DNA from: Octopus sinensis
Lineage: Eukaryota
Length of the DNA stretch: 13,940 bases
Assembly (NCBI RefSeq): GCF_006345805.1
Contig: NW_021825999.1
Location: 1-13,940 of the forward strand
Reading direction: 5' to 3'
The translations under genes were made by a program, and so were the position numbers. The stretch's first letter is position 1; each line of letters starts with the position of its first letter. Under the pieces are notes generated by a model, which worked only from the letters and a program-made list of their open reading frames with translations, ran no database searches and was not told the DNA's origin. Shown piece after piece: positions 8,497 through 13,940 of the stretch.

Positions 8497-8532
8497 AAAC
8501 GTATAGCTTTTTCCGGTTGTGTGTCGAAAGAT

Positions 8533-8738
8533 GAACGGAAACAAACCAACACTGGTTATCAAACAGTGGGAACAAAAACACAGATTTGGTAATATATACA
8601 CACTTATGCGATGGGTGTTCACTCACAAAGGCATTAGTCGTCCCAGGGTGGTAATATGAGGTGCCGTACTGTGGGACTGAACCAGAAATTTTTGGACTGC
8701 AAAGCTAGCTTGTAAACCCCACTGTCATGACTGCGCAT
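8533..8738 (-). mobile_element. Older, diverged SINE family C copy, inverted relative to 8319-8496
   Basis: cactcacaaaggcattagtcgtcccaggg...gaggtgccgtactgtgggactgaacc...gcaaagctagcttgtaaacc is the reverse complement of the adjacent head. Confidence 0.75.
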
Positions 8739-9399
8739 ATACTTCGATTATTCTCCATAAGCACATGGAAATGTGTAATAAAGTTTTGAGAGATGACCCA
8801 ATGATTTAAGTATCTCTACCTGAACATAAAAGTTCAAGTGTGTTATTCTGTAATTCATTTCATATTTTCAGTCCTAGAATTGTGAGTATAATTATCCATC
8901 GCCTCCAGCGAGTTTAAATAATTAATAGATACTTCAGTCTGTTGCATATTCTATCGAACAAATTTGGCGAGTCGTTACGCTGAGCATTTTGCGACACCAT
9001 TTTTTAAACCAGCCGTCTCCATCATACATATATAGACATAGAAGAGAAACGCAAAAAATTATACGATGCATACAAACACATGCAAAGCAAGATGAGTTAC
9101 ACAGACAAAATACGCACTCACGCACACACACACACATATACATATGTGTCTATCCATGTATACATACACACCAGAGGCTCCCGGGGAAAACAATAACCTA
9201 GGGCCAACTATAAGCACAAACACAGCACACATAGCTTGGCTTTGGGCTCCCTAGATCCGTGTGGTCCCAGGACAAGCGCCGAATGTTCGCTTGCTTTGAG
9301 ATTGCACTACACACACACACATACACACAAACACACACATTATTTACAGGATAGTAAAAACGACGCCGTATAAAAAAAAACATTCGCACCGAAATGTGT

Positions 9400-9450
9400 G
9401 CGTATGTGTGTGTGTGTGGATGGATGGATGGATGGATGGATGGATGGATG

Positions 9451-9519
<69 letters not shown>

Positions 9520-9705
9520 TTATATAGATCGATAGATTGACAGATAGGTAGATAGAGAGGTAGATAGATAGGTAGATAGAGAGAAAGAAAGACAGACAGA
9601 CAAAGAGACAGAAAAACAGGGTATGCATGGATGGATTGGTGGATGAATGAGTGGAAGTTTGAATAGATGGATCGATCGATGGCTAGGTTCTGGATGGATA
9701 GACAG
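9400..9705. repeat. Compound (GT)n-(GGAT)n-(AGAT)n-(AGAC)n microsatellite
   Basis: Direct reading. Confidence 0.95.
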
Positions 9706-9934
9706 ATTAATAGAATAAAGGCGGTGCGAAGTGCAGCATTCGTTCAAAGATATCGGGCTCCGTGGTGGGTCCCACAATCCGCACCAGTATTCAGTGTTGA
9801 ACGACGCAGGTCATGATCACAGCAGCACACATCAATGTGTGCAGTCGAAGCCAAATAGCAGAAATAATATATAAAGAAAAAAACTAAAAAAAAAACACGT
9901 ATCCAATGCTGCGTCGAACATACGTTTCTTTCGG

Positions 9935-10006
9935 TATATATATGTGTATGTATGTATGCGTATATGTATGTGTTTATATGTGTGTGTGCACCGGTGTGTG
10001 TGTCTC

Positions 10007-10037
<31 letters not shown>

Positions 10038-10224
10038 GCACGCGCATATGCATATGGTGTTCCCTGGTAACCACTTAATGTAAGGGAGATAATCATTTCT
10101 ACACAACGGGATATGAAGCTTATATATAACATGGATATGTTGAGCATATATTTGCATGTATACATATATATATACATATATACATATATACATACATATA
10201 TGTATAAATATGCTTTTATATATG

Positions 10225-10259
<35 letters not shown>

Positions 10260-10375
10260 GGAGAGAGAGAGAAAGAGATAGATGTATGCATGTGTGTATG
10301 TGTGTGTGTGTGTGCATGTACATGAAACTGAGAGAGAGAGAGAGACAAAGTGAGTGAGAGAGAGACCGAGACAGA
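9935..10375. repeat. Compound (TA)/(TG)/(TACA)/(GA)n low-complexity tract with a short unique insert at ~10045-10115
   Basis: Direct reading. Confidence 0.85.
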
Positions 10376-10656
10376 CTGGTAGGGAGGCCTACTGACTGAT
10401 AGACAGGTGGCTGGCGGTAAGAGTGATTTACAGTAATACAGACAATGAAATATAATAAAAATATTGATAAAAAAAAAGCATGCAGAAAATGTAATCTCGT
10501 TCATTTCTCCTGAGACATCCAATATTCCGTCAAGATTACATTGTTAAACTGAAATCCTCATGAGCCTAATTCACAGAATGATAGATAGTCTTCAGCATTG
10601 AACGTACGGCCCTGCACTTGATACACTGCATATGAAACAATGTTCTCATTTCTTAC

Positions 10657-10699
10657 CCTTAAGTCTTAATTGCTTATTGAACTCATAAACAGAAAACCA
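10657..10699 (-). CDS. Weak candidate exon (WFSVYEFNKQLRLK, phase 0 to phase 1)
   Basis: ctataatag|TGG...AAGG|gtaaga. Strong donor, mediocre acceptor, one open frame. Confidence 0.2.
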
Positions 10700-11149
10700 C
10701 TATTATAGACGCCATACTACAACTTTTGTTTGGGACGCTTATTTGTTCTGTATCGATTCTTCATTGAAAAATATAACAATTGGTATTTTCTTTAACTCGG
10801 GTGATATCAATGCATTGTCAGGAGTGCTTTTATTTGTTCTGCATATGTTTCCAATTATTCTTTTGTTGACTGTGGGATTTTTTTTCCCATTTATGTCACG
10901 TGAGCTATTCAAGTATTTTGTATGTTTTATTATTGTGTGTTATTTTAGAGATGTACCTGTATTCTGCTTCCAGAAACTTACTATTTATACGTCATAGAAT
11001 AAAATATTATTATAATTTGTGTACAAATCATTATGATTATTTTGCGCGGCAGTGAGAACAACAATAATTGTTTCAAGCACAAAGGGCAGCAAACAGAAGC
11101 TTGAAATCGCTTTCGGCTCAATTTCTAAGATGAACGTCCTTGCCTTGTC

Positions 11150-11362
11150 TTGGTTTCAAAATTTGATACAACGCCAGTAATTTCGAGGGCGAGGGTAAGT
11201 TGCTAACATCGATCCCAGTGCTCGAGTACAACTTATTTTATCGATCTCGTAATGAATGAAAGCAAAGTCGGCTTTGGTGAGATTTGAGCTCAAAAAAACA
11301 AAGATGAATGAAATAATGTTAAACATTTTAATCGATTTGCCAACGTTTCGGCCAGCTCCACG
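11150..11362 (-). mobile_element. tRNA-derived SINE family B, near full length, diverged
   Basis: Reverse complement gtggagctggccgaaacgttg...gagctcaaatctcacc...gactttgctttcat...gatcgataaaataagt...gagcactgggatcgatgt...tttgaaaccaa. Confidence 0.8.
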
Positions 11363-11408
11363 CATTGTCCTTGCCCTAAAATTAAATATTTGTATTATAT
11401 GCTTATGT

Positions 11409-11650
11409 GGAGGCGCGTGGCTTAGTGGTTAGGATGTCAGCACCATGATCGTAAGATTGTGGCTTCGATTCCTGGACCGGGCGACGCGTGTGTTCTTGAA
11501 CAAAACACTTCATTTCACGTTGCTCCAGTCCACTCTGCTGGTAAAAATGAGTAACGCTGCAATCGACTGGCGACCCGTTCGGCTGGGGAACACATACGCC
11601 TTTGAAACCGGGCCCATGAGCCTGGCTATGTTTTAAAAGGGCGCATTTAT
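11409..11650 (+). mobile_element. tRNA-derived SINE family A with a Meta-domain-like central region
   Basis: A box TGGCTTAGTGG (11418-11428) and B box-like GGCTTCGATTCC (11461-11472), then gtgttcttgaacaaaacacttcatttcacgttgctccagtccactc. The segment ctgcaatcgactggcgacccgttc...gaaaccggg resembles the MetaSINE core, from recall. Confidence 0.85.
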
Positions 11651-11902
11651 TTTTTTTTATTGTGTTTATAGCATAACTGCTACTTCACTCAAAGGCAGAT
11701 GATTCCTAGTTTAATTATTTTTCCAAGATGGTCACTATAGATCGATATGCTTGTATCATGTGTCTGTGGCATAGCGACTGCTTCACCCAAACTGAAATTA
11801 TTTCTAGTTGAGGTATTTTCCACGTGTGGTTAATACAGGACAAAAATGTAGTACAAGGTAAAATAAATGTGGGAAAACGATGAAATTGAGGTAAAAGAGT
11901 AA

Positions 11903-12430
11903 GTCTGTTTAGGGTACACTGTGATCATACACCAAGGCATGCAAGCTGAAATTTGGTAGAGAATAAGTACAGGATGGAAGGCGTCTGCTCCAATAAAAGA
12001 TGTGCTCAAAGCAAAGATGGACAAGAGCGTCACATGCCAGTCTCTTCAATAGTACCGTTCTTCCTACGCTCTTATACGGAAGTGAGATGTACGTTACGAA
12101 GACAGAAGAATACCGGTTCGTTACGACACAAAAGGCTATGGAAAGGTCCATGCTAAGGATATTTTTGCGAGAGCAAATCTGAAATGGAGTACGTGGTGAT
12201 TGCAGAATACCGAAATCACAAGTTCCGCTGGGCCAGATATAGATATGCCACAAGTTTTACAGACACCAGGTGGGCCTATGCAGTTGCCGAGTGGCATCCA
12301 AAAGGTCAGAAAAGGCCACTCAGAAGGACTCCATGACGATGAGAAAGTAATTCAGTTTAACGAAATGGACAAGACGGAAAAAAAAGAACAAAATCAAGGA
12401 AGAATTGGAATCGCATTGTGACAAGCGGTA
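11903..12430 (+). mobile_element. 5'-truncated, decayed RTE-clade LINE ORF2 C-terminus
   Basis: With frameshifts and stops: CLGY..QGMQAEIW*RISTGWKA..IKDVLKAKMDK/LFNSTVLPTLLYGSEM..TKTEEYRFVTTQKAMERSMLRI..REQI/VVIAEYRNHKFRWA/FTDTRWAYAVAEWHPKGQKRPLRRTP*R. These are typical RTE post-RT motifs. Confidence 0.9.
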
Positions 12431-12605
12431 TATAACAATATCCGATAGTATCATCGATACAGTGGTGTTTCGTATTATGTGTTTGTAGCATAAATGCTAG
12501 TTTACCCGAAAGCAGATTATTCCTAGTTTACATATTTTTAACGAGTGATAAATATAGTTATGTGTGTATTTCACTAACTTTAATTGCTAATATTCTATGA
12601 GCCAT

Positions 12606-12810
12606 AAGACGATGTGCTGTCGTTAACACGCTGGGCAAAATGCTTAGTAGGTATTTGTGTTTACGTGCTGAGTTCAATTTCCGCCGATGTCGATTTTGCT
12701 TTTCATCATTTCGGGAAGTAAAAATAAGCATCAACTCATTAATAGGGAAGAATGTAATCGATTTAGACCTCTTCAGAAATTGCCGACCCTATGCCAAACT
12801 TTGAAACTAA
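12606..12810 (+). mobile_element. tRNA-derived SINE family B, diverged
   Basis: cgttaacacgctgggcaaaatgcttag...ttacgtgctgagttcaatttccgccgatgtcgattttgcttttcatcatttcggg...tgtaatcgattt...atgccaaactttgaaac. Confidence 0.8.
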
Positions 12811-13012
12811 TGTTCTATGAACCTGGTATACAGTGCAACAGATTAATTCTGGTTTTACGAGTTAGAAAAAATGAATATACGAATACAACTTTTTGAGACA
12901 CTATGCAACTATCGGCTTGCTAGAAATAACAATGGATATCTTTCTAATCATAACATATTCCCCTTTTTCTCGAATATTTCACTGTTTCATTCTTCAACAA
13001 AGTTATTATTAA

Positions 13013-13266
13013 ATTAGTGTGTTCATGATAATGCTGGACTCATCTTCGTTTAAATGATAGTGCGCTCACGACCAACCACGGTGTATATTGGAGCCAGAAA
13101 GATTGCTTGAAAATACAAGGCGTGCTACCCGGTCTTGCCCGTTTATTGTGCTTTCACAGCATAGAACTAATAGTAGATCCAATTTAAATACTGCCTATGT
13201 TAAATGCTAATTATCGCTCATTTCATGGAGTACTTCTTTGTTGACCCCACTTTACTGTGCAGCAGT

Positions 13267-13267
<1 letters not shown>
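13013..13267 (+). repeat. Unclassified interspersed repeat, copy 2
   Basis: Collinear with 7977-8213 and carries 18 extra nt at ~13137-13155. Confidence 0.85.
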
Positions 13268-13304
<37 letters not shown>

Positions 13305-13305
13305 T
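13268..13305. repeat. (TG)n microsatellite
   Basis: Direct reading. Confidence 0.95.
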
Positions 13306-13329
13306 GTATTGGACTGCGGCCAATACGAC

Positions 13330-13391
13330 GGTAACACGGAGTGGGGCTGAACCTGAATACACGTGGTTGCAAAGTGAGTTTGAAAATCACA
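13330..13391 (-). mobile_element. Short, degraded SINE family C head fragment
   Basis: cacggagtggggctgaacctgaatacacgtggttgcaaagtgag resembles the reverse complement of the B-box region at 8345-8392. Confidence 0.5.
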
Positions 13392-13399
13392 TATTCATA

Positions 13400-13471
13400 T
13401 CCACGCATACACTCACATATGTACATACATATATATTTTATATATATAAACATTGTACACACACAGACACT

Positions 13472-13530
<59 letters not shown>

Positions 13531-13648
13531 CAACATGTATGAGTGGGGGGTATATACCCATACACACCTACATGCATACATACATACGAACATACATACA
13601 TACAGACACACACATACATGCATACATACATACATAGATACATACATG
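13400..13648. repeat. (CA)n/(TA)n/(CATA)n low-complexity tract
   Basis: Direct reading. Confidence 0.9.
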
Positions 13649-13940
13649 TAAAGGATTTTTCTGTCAGTCATATTGTCGTCATTTGCTCCAACATATTTTG
13701 TGTGTGAAGAAATATCAAGATTTAAAAACAAAAATAAAAAAAACAACAGAATTTGACAAAGCAATGTATAAAGATTCAACACAACATTCCAAATCTGTAC
13801 TATACATACTTATAGTGAAACTAGAACCTTCATCTTAATTCTACAGCCACAATATTTTCTGCTGTAGTACGATCTACATTTTACGGTGCCTATCTTTCGT
13901 ATTCGGTTGCATTCTCAGAATTTCGAATGAAACCCTTTAG

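Noticed and set aside
9745-9777. WDPPRSP resembling the transposase WPPRSPD motif
   Set aside because: The flanking residues (DFFLWG etc.) are absent, so this is a chance similarity.
10627-10656. Apparent ~31-nt GT-AG intron joining WFSVYEFNKQLRLK to VYQVQGRTFNAEDYLSFCELGS*
   Set aside because: Too short for a typical metazoan spliceosomal intron.
10743-10997. 84-aa membrane-protein-like plus ORF
   Set aside because: F/L/I/V richness follows from T-rich DNA; no family motif or exon structure.
11409-11480. tRNA-like A and B boxes (also 8329-8382)
   Set aside because: No cloverleaf or acceptor stem, and they continue into SINE bodies, so they are not tRNA genes.
1-13940. CRISPR array or prokaryotic defence system
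   Set aside because: No regularly spaced repeat-spacer units and no gene-dense coding. The window is eukaryotic repetitive DNA.

Overview
AT-rich, microsatellite-dense eukaryotic DNA with no full-length gene. The repeat landscape looks like an octopus (cephalopod) genome; this is recognised from memory, not from a database search. The window holds many tRNA-derived SINE copies from three recognisable families, two LINE 3' ends embedded in a (GATA)n array, a decayed Tc1/mariner transposase, a decayed RTE LINE ORF2 C-terminus, a DINE-1/HINE-like non-autonomous element and a ~240 bp unclassified repeat present twice. A broken palindrome at 6192-6455 is Penelope-like and carries a variant minimal hammerhead ribozyme motif. 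Nearly all ORFs in the supplied track are microsatellite read-through artefacts. Several short minus-strand segments have canonical splice sites and open, protein-like frames (best: 7245-7373, 3355-3444, 4001-4113). The window is therefore probably intron-dominated sequence of a minus-strand gene that I cannot name. No prokaryotic-type system (CRISPR, operon) is present.
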